A DNA stretch of 64,000 nt, taken from positions 9,761-73,760 of the forward strand of contig DHSR01000050.1 of assembly GCA_002410555.1 (NCBI GenBank). Direction: 5' to 3'. The first letter of the stretch is position 1. Each line of letters starts with the position of its first letter. This DNA comes from Bacteroidales bacterium UBA5281 (GTDB taxonomy: Bacteria > Bacteroidota > Bacteroidia > Bacteroidales > Lentimicrobiaceae). This document shows, one piece after another, positions 1 through 9,919 of the stretch. Under the pieces are notes generated by a model, which saw nothing but the letters and a program-made list of their open reading frames with translations, did not search any database and was not told the DNA's origin. Made by a program: the position numbers and the translations under genes.

Positions 1-48
1 CCACCTGTTCTTTTCTTACATTTAATAATGAATTAATTCATAATTTAT

Positions 49-1176
49 ATGACGAAATCAATATTTATAGTGCTCTTTTTAGGGTTCTATACGATAACAA
101 CTGCCCAAATACAAACGGTGCAGTTTAACGCCAGGCAACTTCAGTTTGACAATGGCAAAGCATTGCCCGCTGAAAAATCATTTCTTATAAGCGCGGAAGT
201 GCCTTCTTCAATTGATTTTGTTAAGATGCAGCTTTCAAACCTGGGTTTTGACAGAAATAAAATTCTGTTTGAAAGTGTCTGGTCAAGAAAAGATAAAGAT
301 AAAGGCATTGTTGCCATCCTTTCCAACAATTACAAGCTTAAATCGGGGCGTGAATACAACTTCAGGTTTTTATATTACAGAAAAATTCAGGAAACTGAAC
401 GCCAGGAAGTCAATACTATGCTTACAGTATCAATGCAGTCTTACCTTAAATCCAATATACAGGTTAAAGATGATAGATATATCTTTTTAAGAAGCCCCCG
501 GGATATTTATACTTCACTAAACGGTATTCTTTCTGAAGGTATGGTTAATTATGAGATTTTTCAGGGAGGCAATCACCCTAAGATATCCGGAATCATTGAG
601 AATATGCTTGAAAATCTTGCAAAGGAAAAAGTTGATCCGGATACTACCGGAATAAATTCCATAAATCGGTTTGAGACCTTGCTTCAACAATTGAATAATG
701 AAGTTTCCATAATCGCAAATTATTATCAGTATGTGCTGAAGGATGAAATAACCGTACTTGATTATCCTACTGAGAGTTTGATGAATACACTTGCCATAAA
801 TGCCGGATTTGCTGGAATTTATGCAAGTGGAGATGTTGCTGACTTTGAGTATTATTCCGGACCTTTTATAGGTATTAGTTTTCCTCTTGGGAATAGGGTG
901 TATAATAACGATTTTATAAGTAATACATCCATTTCAGCAGGTGTGTTTCTTAAGAATTTTGAAACACCGGAACTTAACAAAGTTTCAGGCCCTGTTATAG
1001 GATTGCCAATGTATGTTAGTGCGGGTTACCGGGTTCTTAAATTTATCAGGTTGCAGGCAGGCGTGACTATCCTTGAAGAAACAGATCAAATTACAGACAG
1101 TAAATCAGTTTATTTGAAACCTTTTGTCGGTGTTAGCTTAGAGTTTCAAATGTGGATTGGGTTAGATTCAAAATAA
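49..1176 (+). CDS. Secreted hypothetical protein, possible C-terminal beta-barrel segment
   Basis: 375-aa ORF with a signal peptide (…TTA-Q) and alternating hydrophobic C-terminal strands. Ends 10 bp before the OmpA gene. Confidence 0.7.
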   Translation: MTKSIFIVLFLGFYTITTAQIQTVQFNARQLQFDNGKALPAEKSFLISAEVPSSIDFVKMQLSNLGFDRNKILFESVWSRKDKDKGIVAILSNNYKLKSGREYNFRFLYYRKIQETERQEVNTMLTVSMQSYLKSNIQVKDDRYIFLRSPRDIYTSLNGILSEGMVNYEIFQGGNHPKISGIIENMLENLAKEKVDPDTTGINSINRFETLLQQLNNEVSIIANYYQYVLKDEITVLDYPTESLMNTLAINAGFAGIYASGDVADFEYYSGPFIGISFPLGNRVYNNDFISNTSISAGVFLKNFETPELNKVSGPVIGLPMYVSAGYRVLKFIRLQAGVTILEETDQITDSKSVYLKPFVGVSLEFQMWIGLDSK

Positions 1177-1186
1177 AACTGAAAAT

Positions 1187-3064
1187 ATGAAATGTCTTAA
1201 ATATTTAGTAGTGGTCTTGATAGCTTTGTATCCTGGCTTAGGGCAATCGCTGAATGCTCAGCCTTTGCAGAAGCATAACAATAGTATCAGATTACAAATG
1301 GGCTTATTTCAATATAATGAAAACACGAATGATTTTATTTTCCAGAATAGTAACAATTTCCTAAGCACTGGACTTACGTACAGACGTGAGATGAGTAGAA
1401 TATTTGCCCTGAATTTAACCGGCAGATACAATGAATGGAATATGAATAAGAGTATGAATCTGGAAACCTATGCATTTCAGGTTCTATGGGTAGTGCATAC
1501 CAATAGCATTTCGTCTTCTTGGCGTACAAACAGAATAACACCTTATGCCGGCCTTGGTGTTGGCTATGAAAAGCATGATTTAACAACCATGGGCAACGAT
1601 ACAGTATATCAAAGAGTATATATCCCCTTTGAGGTCGGATTACTTTTTAATGTGAGCCCGCGTTGGTCAATTGGCATATTCTCGGAGTATAAACTGGCTT
1701 CTGTTTCGCCACTCGACAATATGCTTGAATCCCCCAAAATGCGTCTTGACCTTTCCAATGTAGCAGGAGTTTCACTTTCCTATAGTTTTGGAAGTAACAA
1801 AAAGGAGCAAAGTGTTCCTGTTATCAGAACAAATCAGGTGATTATGCAAAGTCGTGTTTTAGATAAAGATATAGTGGATTCAACAGTCGTATCTGTGAAA
1901 GAGGATGTTGCGGATTCAACAATGGTATCTTTAAAAAAAGTTAAGGATTCATCAGATCTGTTTTGGGAAGGAGATGTTGCAGATTCAACAATGGTATTGC
2001 CGGAAGAAAAAGATGAAGATTCAACAATCGTATGGAGCGATAATAAAATAGCTGATGATCTATTTCGGCCAGACTCAACTAACAACAGTAAGATTTATAC
2101 TCCGGCAACTCCTGATAGCTCAGCCTTGCAGAAAAGCCCAGCGGTGTTTTCGGGAAAAGCTGGTGTTGTTTCTGATACAATAAGGGTTCCTGTTATTCTT
2201 GATATATCCATCAATACACAAAATTGGATAATGGACAATAACTATATGGTGGCAAGTGCAAACAGAATACAACCTCCTGAAAAAAGATATGTTACTTCGC
2301 GGGCACCAGCACATGAATCTCCTGATCGGCAGATGCAAGGTCACATAGTACCGAATGACTATGATATTTCGGCATTAAAGGAGCAAAACAGACTTCAAAA
2401 TAGTAGGATAGAAGCAGAGCTTAAACAAATGAAATTGATGTTGGGCGTGCTCAATGCTGAACTTTTACTATTATCTGCTGCTAAAACAAAAACTCCCGAC
2501 AAGGAGATGGAGAGTCGGGATTTGTCAACTCCGGCTGTGAAAATGGACTCGCTGGTTTATTTATTTGATAGCCTTGATAATCAGTTGGGTATTGATTCGC
2601 TCAAGCTTATTTTAGCCAGCACGAATGTTTCCTTACTCGCAGAGGTTAGAAAACTGCAGTCAGAAAATAAGGAATTGACTGACAAATTAGCGCGTCAATC
2701 TCAATTTGCTGATTCAAACCGGATTTCAGATTCGCTGGATAATATTATTTATACCATTAATTTCGCTGTAAACTCTACAAAAGTTGATATTGGTCAGCTT
2801 GTTCAATTAAAGCCTTTGCTTGACCTGTTAAAAAATAAACCAGAGCATAAATTGCTTTTATCAGGTTATGCTGATAAGAGCGGAAATGCATATTATAATA
2901 TGTCCTTGTCGAAGAAGCGTGTTCTGGCTGTTAAAGATGAGTTAATCAAGATGGGAGTTAATAAAACACGGATTATGGAACAGTACTTTGGCAGCGAAAA
3001 GGCAACAGCAGTAAACAATAAAGACGACAGAAAAGTAGAATTGAAGCTAATGAAATCATTTTAA
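1187..3064 (+). CDS. OmpA-family protein (N-terminal beta-barrel, repetitive linker, coiled coil, OmpA-C domain)
   Basis: Signal peptide, PYAGLGVG barrel motif and C-terminal INFAVNS…GYADKSGNAYYNMSLSKKR…DRKVE peptidoglycan-binding signature. Confidence 0.9.
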   Translation: MKCLKYLVVVLIALYPGLGQSLNAQPLQKHNNSIRLQMGLFQYNENTNDFIFQNSNNFLSTGLTYRREMSRIFALNLTGRYNEWNMNKSMNLETYAFQVLWVVHTNSISSSWRTNRITPYAGLGVGYEKHDLTTMGNDTVYQRVYIPFEVGLLFNVSPRWSIGIFSEYKLASVSPLDNMLESPKMRLDLSNVAGVSLSYSFGSNKKEQSVPVIRTNQVIMQSRVLDKDIVDSTVVSVKEDVADSTMVSLKKVKDSSDLFWEGDVADSTMVLPEEKDEDSTIVWSDNKIADDLFRPDSTNNSKIYTPATPDSSALQKSPAVFSGKAGVVSDTIRVPVILDISINTQNWIMDNNYMVASANRIQPPEKRYVTSRAPAHESPDRQMQGHIVPNDYDISALKEQNRLQNSRIEAELKQMKLMLGVLNAELLLLSAAKTKTPDKEMESRDLSTPAVKMDSLVYLFDSLDNQLGIDSLKLILASTNVSLLAEVRKLQSENKELTDKLARQSQFADSNRISDSLDNIIYTINFAVNSTKVDIGQLVQLKPLLDLLKNKPEHKLLLSGYADKSGNAYYNMSLSKKRVLAVKDELIKMGVNKTRIMEQYFGSEKATAVNNKDDRKVELKLMKSF

Positions 3065-3220
3065 TCAGAAAAACGCAGGTATGACGCTTATCGCGAAGAA
3101 TTGCACAGGTTTTACTACACTCATTTCATTTTACCTTGAGGTTTTCAGGCAAGGATTACACTCTCTGCTGTGCAGGCGAAATCATTTCATTTATTAAGAG
3201 CGAGTTGGGCGGTCAGGGAA

Positions 3221-3433
3221 TTACACTTCTTCTTTTTGGTACTCAAGAATATCTCCGGGTTGACAATCCAATGCACTGCATATGGCTTCAAGTGTAGTGA
3301 ATCTTATGGCTTTGCTCTTGCTCTGCTTCAAAATGGATAAATTTACCAATGAAATACCAACCTTTTCAGACAAGGTGGTTAAGGTCATTTTTCTTTTGGC
3401 CAGCATAATATCCATATTAACGATTATCGGCAT
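3221..3433 (-). CDS. XRE/Cro-type HTH transcriptional regulator (YozG-like)
   Basis: MPIIVNMDIMLAKRKM…NLSILK…KAIRFTTLEAICSALDCQPGDILEY is a typical family sequence. Confidence 0.93.
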   Translation of the reverse strand: MPIIVNMDIMLAKRKMTLTTLSEKVGISLVNLSILKQSKSKAIRFTTLEAICSALDCQPGDILEYQKEEV

Positions 3434-3444
3434 AATACTTTTCG

Positions 3445-3957
3445 TTAAATGGTCAATGAGTCTTCGAATTCACTTATAAACCTTCTGTAATTGTTTTCAT
3501 TCCTGCCCCAGTCATATACCTGGAAAAAGGTTGCAGAGAAGAAGTCCACTGTTGTTATTCCATTGACTTCTTCCATGGTGACGTATATATTTTCTCCCCA
3601 TGAGAGCCAGGACATACCTGTGGTTGCATAAATATCACCCGTTTCCTTGTTGACTTTGCTAATTTTAAATCCTGCCTTTGTCATTACCTCTAACATCTTA
3701 TCAAAAAGCAAATCTCTGGAAAAATCAAATTCCTGTTTATGACGGGTCTTATTCGTCAATAAATTGAATTTACTGGTGAAGTACGGCTTAAACCAGGCAA
3801 TTTTTCTTACAACCAGGCTGAAAATAAAAACAACTGCAATAATAAATGCTGTGATTTTTAATATATTCGTCGTTGCATACTGGTTTAAAACAAAGATTAA
3901 TGCAATCAAAAGAAGTAATCCTATGAAGATAGAATAAGAGGGTGATTGTTTTTTCAT
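3445..3957 (-). CDS. Membrane protein, 2 N-terminal TM helices plus soluble DWGxN domain
   Basis: 170-aa ORF, co-oriented and 11 bp upstream of the XRE gene. Confidence 0.75.
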   Translation of the reverse strand: MKKQSPSYSIFIGLLLLIALIFVLNQYATTNILKITAFIIAVVFIFSLVVRKIAWFKPYFTSKFNLLTNKTRHKQEFDFSRDLLFDKMLEVMTKAGFKISKVNKETGDIYATTGMSWLSWGENIYVTMEEVNGITTVDFFSATFFQVYDWGRNENNYRRFISEFEDSLTI

Positions 3958-3988
3958 GAGCGGTAGGTTTTAAAGTCAAGTTATGTTA

Positions 3989-4062
3989 CAAAGATATGAA
4001 CAATTTACGAAAAACAACTAAATATTAATGATAAACGATATTATATTAATGAAAATCGTTTT
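3989..4062 (-). promoter_or_regulatory. Bacteroidota -7 promoter box (TATCTTTG) with adjacent 21-bp-period direct repeats (candidate operator)
   Basis: caaagata at 3989-3996, atattaatga at 4022 and 4043, weaker third copy near 4002. Confidence 0.5.
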
Positions 4063-4091
4063 AGTGAAAATAATTACTTGCTTAGGTTGGG

Positions 4092-4183
4092 GGTAAGAAG
4101 GTAAGAGGTGAGAGGTGAGAGGTGAGCGGTGAGAGATGAGAAGCTAAAGGGAGAGGTTAGAGGTTAGAGGTTGGAAATTAGAA
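4092..4183. repeat. Degenerate heptamer tandem repeat (GGTGAGA/GGTTAGA)
   Basis: ggtaaga ggtgaga ggtgaga ggtgagc ggtgaga gatgaga … gttagag gttagag gttggaa attagaa. Confidence 0.85.
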
Positions 4184-4247
4184 ATTTTCCTTTCGTCTCC
4201 ATTTCTCCCAGTCTCCTTGTCCACCAGTCTGCTTGTCCCATTAATAT

Positions 4248-4284
4248 CTCATCCGGCTTCGGCACCTTCTCCTAAAGGAGAAGG
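4248..4284. repeat. REP-like palindrome
   Basis: ctcatccggcttcggca-ccttctcct-aa-aggagaagg. Resembles the elements at 43668-43784. Confidence 0.6.
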
Positions 4285-4441
4285 ACTTTCTAACTTAAAT
4301 TGGTTGTTCAAATAACAACCCTTTGTCTCCTTATCTCTTTATCTCCATTTCTCCTTCTCCTTGTCCCCCGTCCCATTCCTCCGTCCCCTTCTTTGCTGTG
4401 CTGCAGCGGGCAGGCCTCGTTCCTTTGCGCGTCTCTTGTCC

Positions 4442-6544
4442 CTACTTCAAATACGTATCCAGCCACTTGTAAAATTCCCGGTGCCACAAAATGCTGTTCT
4501 GGGGTTTCAGTACAAAGTGGGTTTCGTTGGGGAAGAAAAGAAAGCGGCTTGGTATGCCCAGCAACTGATTGGCATTGAATGCCTGCATGCCTTGAGTATA
4601 TGGAATTCGGAAGTCATAACCGCCGTGGATAACCAGCATGGGGGTATCCCAGTTGCCCACGAAATTGTGTGGTGAAAAATCGTAGCTTTTGGGGCGGGGT
4701 TTTTCCCAGAAAGGACCACCATAGTCGAAGTTTACGAAGAACATTTCTTCGGTTTCCAGATACATGCTCTCGAAGTTGAAGATACCGCAATGGGCGATGA
4801 ACGCTTTAAAGCGCTTGTTGTGGTTGCCAGCCAGCCAGTAAACGGAAAATCCGCCATAACTGGCACCTATGGCTCCCAGGCGGTTTTCATCTACCCAGGG
4901 TTCTGTGGCAACTGAATCGATGGCAGTGAGATAGTCCAGCATGTTTTGACCACCATAATCGCCACTGATCTGATCGTTCCATTCCTGGCCGAAAGTGGGC
5001 AACCCACGGCGGTTGGGTGCTACAATCACATAATCATGGGCGGCCATCATCTGAAAGTTCCAGCGGTAGCTAAAAAACTGACTTACCGCACTTTGTGGAC
5101 CACCCTGGCAATAAAGCAGGGCCGGATATTTTTTGTTTTTGTCGAAGTTAGGCGGAAGAATTACCCAAACCAACATTTGTTTGCCATCGGTGGTCGTTAT
5201 CCATCGTTTTTCAGATTTGCCAAAAGTCACATTTTTCAGTATTTCACGGTTGGTAAAGGTAAGCTGTTCTTCACTGCCATCGGGTTTAACCCTGAATACT
5301 TCTGAGGGCAGATCATGACGCATCTTAGTGATGATCAAGTCATTTCCATCCAGGGCAAAAGCCTGAATATCGTGGTCGCCCTGGGTGAGTTGAGTAATTT
5401 TACGGGTAGCAAGATCTATACGATACACCTGGTAGGTTGCATGAATGCCGCTGATGAAATAAAGCTGCTTTCCGTCAGGGCTGAACTTAAAACTGGTAGA
5501 ACTCTGGTCAAAGCCTTCTGAAAGATCAGTAAAAACGTGACTGGTCATGACTAACTGCTTTCCTGATGCTGTTTTTTTCGGTTCAATTCCTTTTTTGACA
5601 CCCTCAAGAGACTTCGGATTGATTTCACAAAGCATAATGCGGTCTTTATCAGCTTCAAATCCGGGTGTTTCCATGCTTCTCCAGACAATTTTTGAACCAT
5701 CTGGTGAAAATACCGGATCCTGATCATAACCTGGATTGTCTTTGCTTATGTTTGTAGTTTCACCTGATGCGAGGTTATATAGATAAATATCACTGTTGGT
5801 GCTGATTGCATAATCTTTGCCTTTTTCTTTTTTACAGGTATAGGCCAGGGTTTTTCCATCGGGTGCCCAGGCAATTTGTTCCATGCCACCCCATGGTGTG
5901 AGCGGACTATCGAATGGTTCTCCGGACATAATGTCTTTTCCTTCACCCACGTTTCCATCGCTATAGGGTGCAACAAACACATGGCTGTACGCATAATCAT
6001 GCCAACTGTCCCAATGTCGATACATCAGGTCATTATAAATCATGGCATCGGCCAGCGGCAGATCGGGGTGCAGATCATGCACATCCTTTTCAATTTTAAC
6101 ATCTTTAATATAAACAATATGCTTCATATCAGGCGAATAACTAAAGCCATTGATTCCACCTTCAACATGGGAGACTTGCTTTTTATCTTCCCCATTTATT
6201 CCCATTTCCCAAATCTGGACATCACCCGACTCAGCGGAGAGAAATCCTATTTTTTTGCCATCAGGACGCCAGATAGCATTAAACTCGCTGCCTTCAAATT
6301 CCGTTAATTTACGTGGCGATTCGGCATTTTTATCCAGACGCCAGATGTCGCGGTTGCTTTTGTTGGTTTCGGCATTATACCAGGTAACACCATATATAAA
6401 ACTATTGTCAACAGGTGAATACTGTACGTCAGACAGGCGGCCCAGTTTCCACAGGGTTTCTGCATTGAATTTTTCTTGCGCATTTAGCGCAACCGGGAGA
6501 ATCATTCCAACTGAAATTAAGAATAATAATAAATTTCTTTTCAT
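4442..6544 (-). CDS. dpp5: S9 family peptidase, dipeptidyl-peptidase 5-like
   Basis: Signal peptide, PD40/TolB-like propeller repeats, QGGPQ, GASYGG nucleophile, DFRI and ETH catalytic motifs. Confidence 0.88.
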   Translation of the reverse strand: MKRNLLLFLISVGMILPVALNAQEKFNAETLWKLGRLSDVQYSPVDNSFIYGVTWYNAETNKSNRDIWRLDKNAESPRKLTEFEGSEFNAIWRPDGKKIGFLSAESGDVQIWEMGINGEDKKQVSHVEGGINGFSYSPDMKHIVYIKDVKIEKDVHDLHPDLPLADAMIYNDLMYRHWDSWHDYAYSHVFVAPYSDGNVGEGKDIMSGEPFDSPLTPWGGMEQIAWAPDGKTLAYTCKKEKGKDYAISTNSDIYLYNLASGETTNISKDNPGYDQDPVFSPDGSKIVWRSMETPGFEADKDRIMLCEINPKSLEGVKKGIEPKKTASGKQLVMTSHVFTDLSEGFDQSSTSFKFSPDGKQLYFISGIHATYQVYRIDLATRKITQLTQGDHDIQAFALDGNDLIITKMRHDLPSEVFRVKPDGSEEQLTFTNREILKNVTFGKSEKRWITTTDGKQMLVWVILPPNFDKNKKYPALLYCQGGPQSAVSQFFSYRWNFQMMAAHDYVIVAPNRRGLPTFGQEWNDQISGDYGGQNMLDYLTAIDSVATEPWVDENRLGAIGASYGGFSVYWLAGNHNKRFKAFIAHCGIFNFESMYLETEEMFFVNFDYGGPFWEKPRPKSYDFSPHNFVGNWDTPMLVIHGGYDFRIPYTQGMQAFNANQLLGIPSRFLFFPNETHFVLKPQNSILWHREFYKWLDTYLK

Positions 6545-6944
6545 GATGTAAGGGATTTAACTTCAGCGAAAATAGTAAATGTTTTTACGGAAATCCCTAA
6601 TTTTATTAAATATTTGCGACTTTGTACTGATTAATTTATAAAACAGGATTTGCAGTTATGACATAATATTAATTACTGTACTGGTTCCAATAACCCGCAC
6701 CGCTTAAAACTTCTTTCATTTAATATCTTTCCCATTTACATAGTTTGCCACTATCGGGAGTTGATGGTTCAAAACTGCGGATTAAATATAAAGTTATGTT
6801 GATAAATTTACTATCTTCACACCCCGAATATCAACTAACAGGCGATGAAATGTTTGTTGTCAGGGATTTCAAAACCCATTATAACGTTCATTTATCGACA
6901 TTACTATTGAAATTTTAAAATAAAACAATATAAAATTCTGGCCT

Positions 6945-7382
6945 ATGTCATCAAAGGTGGATATCAATAAACTGGCACATGAGATACCATTAAAAATTCT
7001 TGTAGCCGAAGATAATTTGATTAATCAAAAGTTTTTGGTTTCGCTGTTGAATATCATGGGTTATAAACCTTCATCTGTATTAAATGGAAAGGAAGTGCTC
7101 GAAATTATGGAAAGGGAAAGTTTCGACATTATATTTATGGATATTCAAATGCCGGAAATGAGCGGGGTCGAAGCTACCCAAATAATTATGGAGAAGTATG
7201 CACCGGCTGAACGGCCCTACATTATTGCTATTACTGCCAATGCACTGAGTCAGGATCGTGAACGTTGCCTTGAAATGGGTATGGATGATTTTATGGTTAA
7301 ACCTGTAAACATAAAATTACTTCAATCAACCCTGGAAAAGTGGGGTCGAAAGGTAGAACGCAAATTCTCAGCAGATGTATAG
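6945..7382 (+). CDS. Stand-alone response regulator receiver protein
   Basis: ILVAEDN…FMDIQMPEMSG…IIAITANA…KP. Confidence 0.92.
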   Translation: MSSKVDINKLAHEIPLKILVAEDNLINQKFLVSLLNIMGYKPSSVLNGKEVLEIMERESFDIIFMDIQMPEMSGVEATQIIMEKYAPAERPYIIAITANALSQDRERCLEMGMDDFMVKPVNIKLLQSTLEKWGRKVERKFSADV

Positions 7383-7390
7383 CACTGAGC

Positions 7391-9856
7391 CTACTTCCAG
7401 CTTATTACCATTTTATCGCTCACCAGCTTCAAAGCACCGGTACGCTTCACTTTTATGGGCTTACTATGGTTTACTGTAAAAACTGCATCTTCACTGTTGA
7501 GCGCATCAAGCAGGTTTAATTCATACTTCTGAACAGAAACAGAATGGCCGTTCAGACTAAATTTATGATGACCCTCAAATCCATGCAATATTGCTATTAC
7601 ATGATTAAATTTAGTTGTAAAGGAGCCTTGCGGCTTGTTTAAGGTCACTGTTTTGGTTTCAGCATCAAAAATCATTTCCCGCCGATAAAACTCTTCTTTC
7701 TCATAATCATAAGTCTCGCCATCGTCCTCATAGTAGGTGAATATTGTGTTTTGTCTGCCATTGTATATGTGAAGGAATAATGTATCTTCTGATTCTTCGC
7801 CGGTATATTGAATTTGCTGCTGCATGGGAATTATGGAGCCGGCTTTCACAAATAAAGGCAAGAGATGAATAGGAGATGGAGAAATTATAATGGAATTTCC
7901 TGAGTGAGTCTCATCAGTATGGAAGTCATACCATTCACCTTCTGGCAGATAAACCTGCGTCAGGTCTTTGGTGCTTTCCACCGGAGCAACAAGAATGCTT
8001 GGGCCGAACAGGTATTCATGTTGAAACTGGGGGTTATAAATATTATCATCAAAAGAGTAATCAATGGCCAGGCTCCGATTCACTGGCATTCCCGATTCCA
8101 CAGATTCATTAAAAGCCGCGTAAATATAAGGCAACAACTTGTATCTTAATGAAATGTAATTTCTGGAGATGGTCTCTACCGATTCGCCGAAGGACCAGGG
8201 CTCGGCCTGGCGTGTATCAATAGCCGAATGGCTTCTGAAGAATGGGCTGAAGGCTCCGACAGAAATCCAGCGGGCAAACAACCCGGGAGTAGCATTCTGG
8301 CTAAACCCACCCACATCCACACCCGCAAAAGCCACCCCACTAAGTCCAAGACTGTTAAGCAACCGCACGCCCAACATCAAATGTTCATCCGTAGCCTGGT
8401 TGTCGCCGGTCCAAAGAGCAGTGTAACGCTGTAATCCGGCAAAACCGGCCCTTGTAAGTATCAGAGGACGACGGTTCTGCATGAGTTTTCGGGTACCCTC
8501 GCTGGTGGCTTTTGACATCAGCAAGCCATATACATTTTTTGCCTGATGATAGGTTGAACGATGTCCTTCCCAGTCGAATCCGATAAAATTGGGTGTATAG
8601 CCGCCTCCCCAGGAAGCTATTTCGTTCATATCGTTCCAGAATCCGTCCACACCAACATTCACCAGGTCTTTAAAGTTACTACCCCACCATTGCCTTGCAG
8701 CAGGTTTGGTAAAATCGGGAAAGTAACACCAGCCCGGCCAGACCTGCGCAGTATACAAAGCTCCATCCGGATACTTGATAAACATATCCTTCTCAACTCC
8801 TTGCTCAAAGGCAGCATAACCCTTTTCTACTCTAATTCCCGGATCAACAATTACTGTGGTATGAACACCCATGGCCTTTAACTTATTTAGCATTTTTGCT
8901 GGTTCGGGAAAACGCCGGGGATGCCAGGTGAATATTTTATAATTATCCATGTAGTGGATGTCGAGGTAGATAACATCTAAGGGAATCTTTCTTGATCGGA
9001 AGTTCTCAACTATGTCGATCACTTCACTATCGGGATAATAACTCCACCTGCATTGCTGATAGCCCAGCGCCCAGAGAGGCGGCATAGTCATTCGGCCTGT
9101 GAGGGCAGTATAATCTCTGAGGATACCTTTTACATCGTGCTGATGGATAAAATAGTAATCCATCTCACCGTCATCAGCACTAAAAGAGCTGAATCTATCG
9201 GTACCGGCGCCAAAGTTGAACAGGCTTTTATAACTGTTGTCCAGTAAAATACCGTATGCTTTATTGTGGTGCATTCCTATGTAGAATGGTATGCTCACAT
9301 AGAGTGGATCATCCTGAGGCCCGTAACGCGGATTGTCAGTATTCCAGTTGGTATAGGCACTCCCGAAACGATCGAGGTTACCGGTTTTTTCTCCCAGACC
9401 GATGAAACGTTCTCCCGGTTGAAGCGTTTTACAGGTGGTTACTGCTGTACCTAACCAGGACGTCCCCAATGACGGATCATCAGCATTAAGCAACTGTCCG
9501 TCCGGGGAATAGAAAGCAAATCTTAATGGTGCCCGGTTGATTTCAACCAGGATTAATCCTGTGCTTAAGGTTAACTTTTCCGGAGTCTCATTAAATTCAG
9601 GTTTTAACTGTTGCGGCTTCATTATCACGGCATAAGAAAAAGGTTCTGTAAAGTCATCTTTAACAATCCTTATCCTGATAATCCCTTCACTATACACTGT
9701 AACTTCAGCTTTTCCCAACGATGTTATAAGACTCAATCCGTTGGGTGTTAACTGGTAACTTTTCAGATTTCCGAGCGATTGAAACTGGCTGCTTTGAGCG
9801 GAAACACTGAACACAATCGAAGTGAATATGATTAAAAACAATGAATTATTTCTCAT
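7391..9856 (-). CDS. GH31 alpha-glucosidase
   Basis: WNDMNE nucleophile, WTGDN acid/base and FFRSH motifs. Start reassigned to ATG 9856, which gives a signal peptide. Confidence 0.93.
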   Translation of the reverse strand: MRNNSLFLIIFTSIVFSVSAQSSQFQSLGNLKSYQLTPNGLSLITSLGKAEVTVYSEGIIRIRIVKDDFTEPFSYAVIMKPQQLKPEFNETPEKLTLSTGLILVEINRAPLRFAFYSPDGQLLNADDPSLGTSWLGTAVTTCKTLQPGERFIGLGEKTGNLDRFGSAYTNWNTDNPRYGPQDDPLYVSIPFYIGMHHNKAYGILLDNSYKSLFNFGAGTDRFSSFSADDGEMDYYFIHQHDVKGILRDYTALTGRMTMPPLWALGYQQCRWSYYPDSEVIDIVENFRSRKIPLDVIYLDIHYMDNYKIFTWHPRRFPEPAKMLNKLKAMGVHTTVIVDPGIRVEKGYAAFEQGVEKDMFIKYPDGALYTAQVWPGWCYFPDFTKPAARQWWGSNFKDLVNVGVDGFWNDMNEIASWGGGYTPNFIGFDWEGHRSTYHQAKNVYGLLMSKATSEGTRKLMQNRRPLILTRAGFAGLQRYTALWTGDNQATDEHLMLGVRLLNSLGLSGVAFAGVDVGGFSQNATPGLFARWISVGAFSPFFRSHSAIDTRQAEPWSFGESVETISRNYISLRYKLLPYIYAAFNESVESGMPVNRSLAIDYSFDDNIYNPQFQHEYLFGPSILVAPVESTKDLTQVYLPEGEWYDFHTDETHSGNSIIISPSPIHLLPLFVKAGSIIPMQQQIQYTGEESEDTLFLHIYNGRQNTIFTYYEDDGETYDYEKEEFYRREMIFDAETKTVTLNKPQGSFTTKFNHVIAILHGFEGHHKFSLNGHSVSVQKYELNLLDALNSEDAVFTVNHSKPIKVKRTGALKLVSDKMVISWK

Positions 9857-9919
9857 AGTCAGCCGGCTTAATATACCACCTGCCTTAGATCTGGCCCACA
9901 AGCAGGGGCAGGGTGTTTG

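Noticed and set aside
4092..4395. CRISPR array
   Set aside because: 7-8 bp degenerate tandem units with no unique spacers and no cas genes
4300..4675. ORFs 4300-4578 and 4361-4675
   Set aside because: Produced by the pyrimidine repeat tract and antisense overlap with the S9 peptidase
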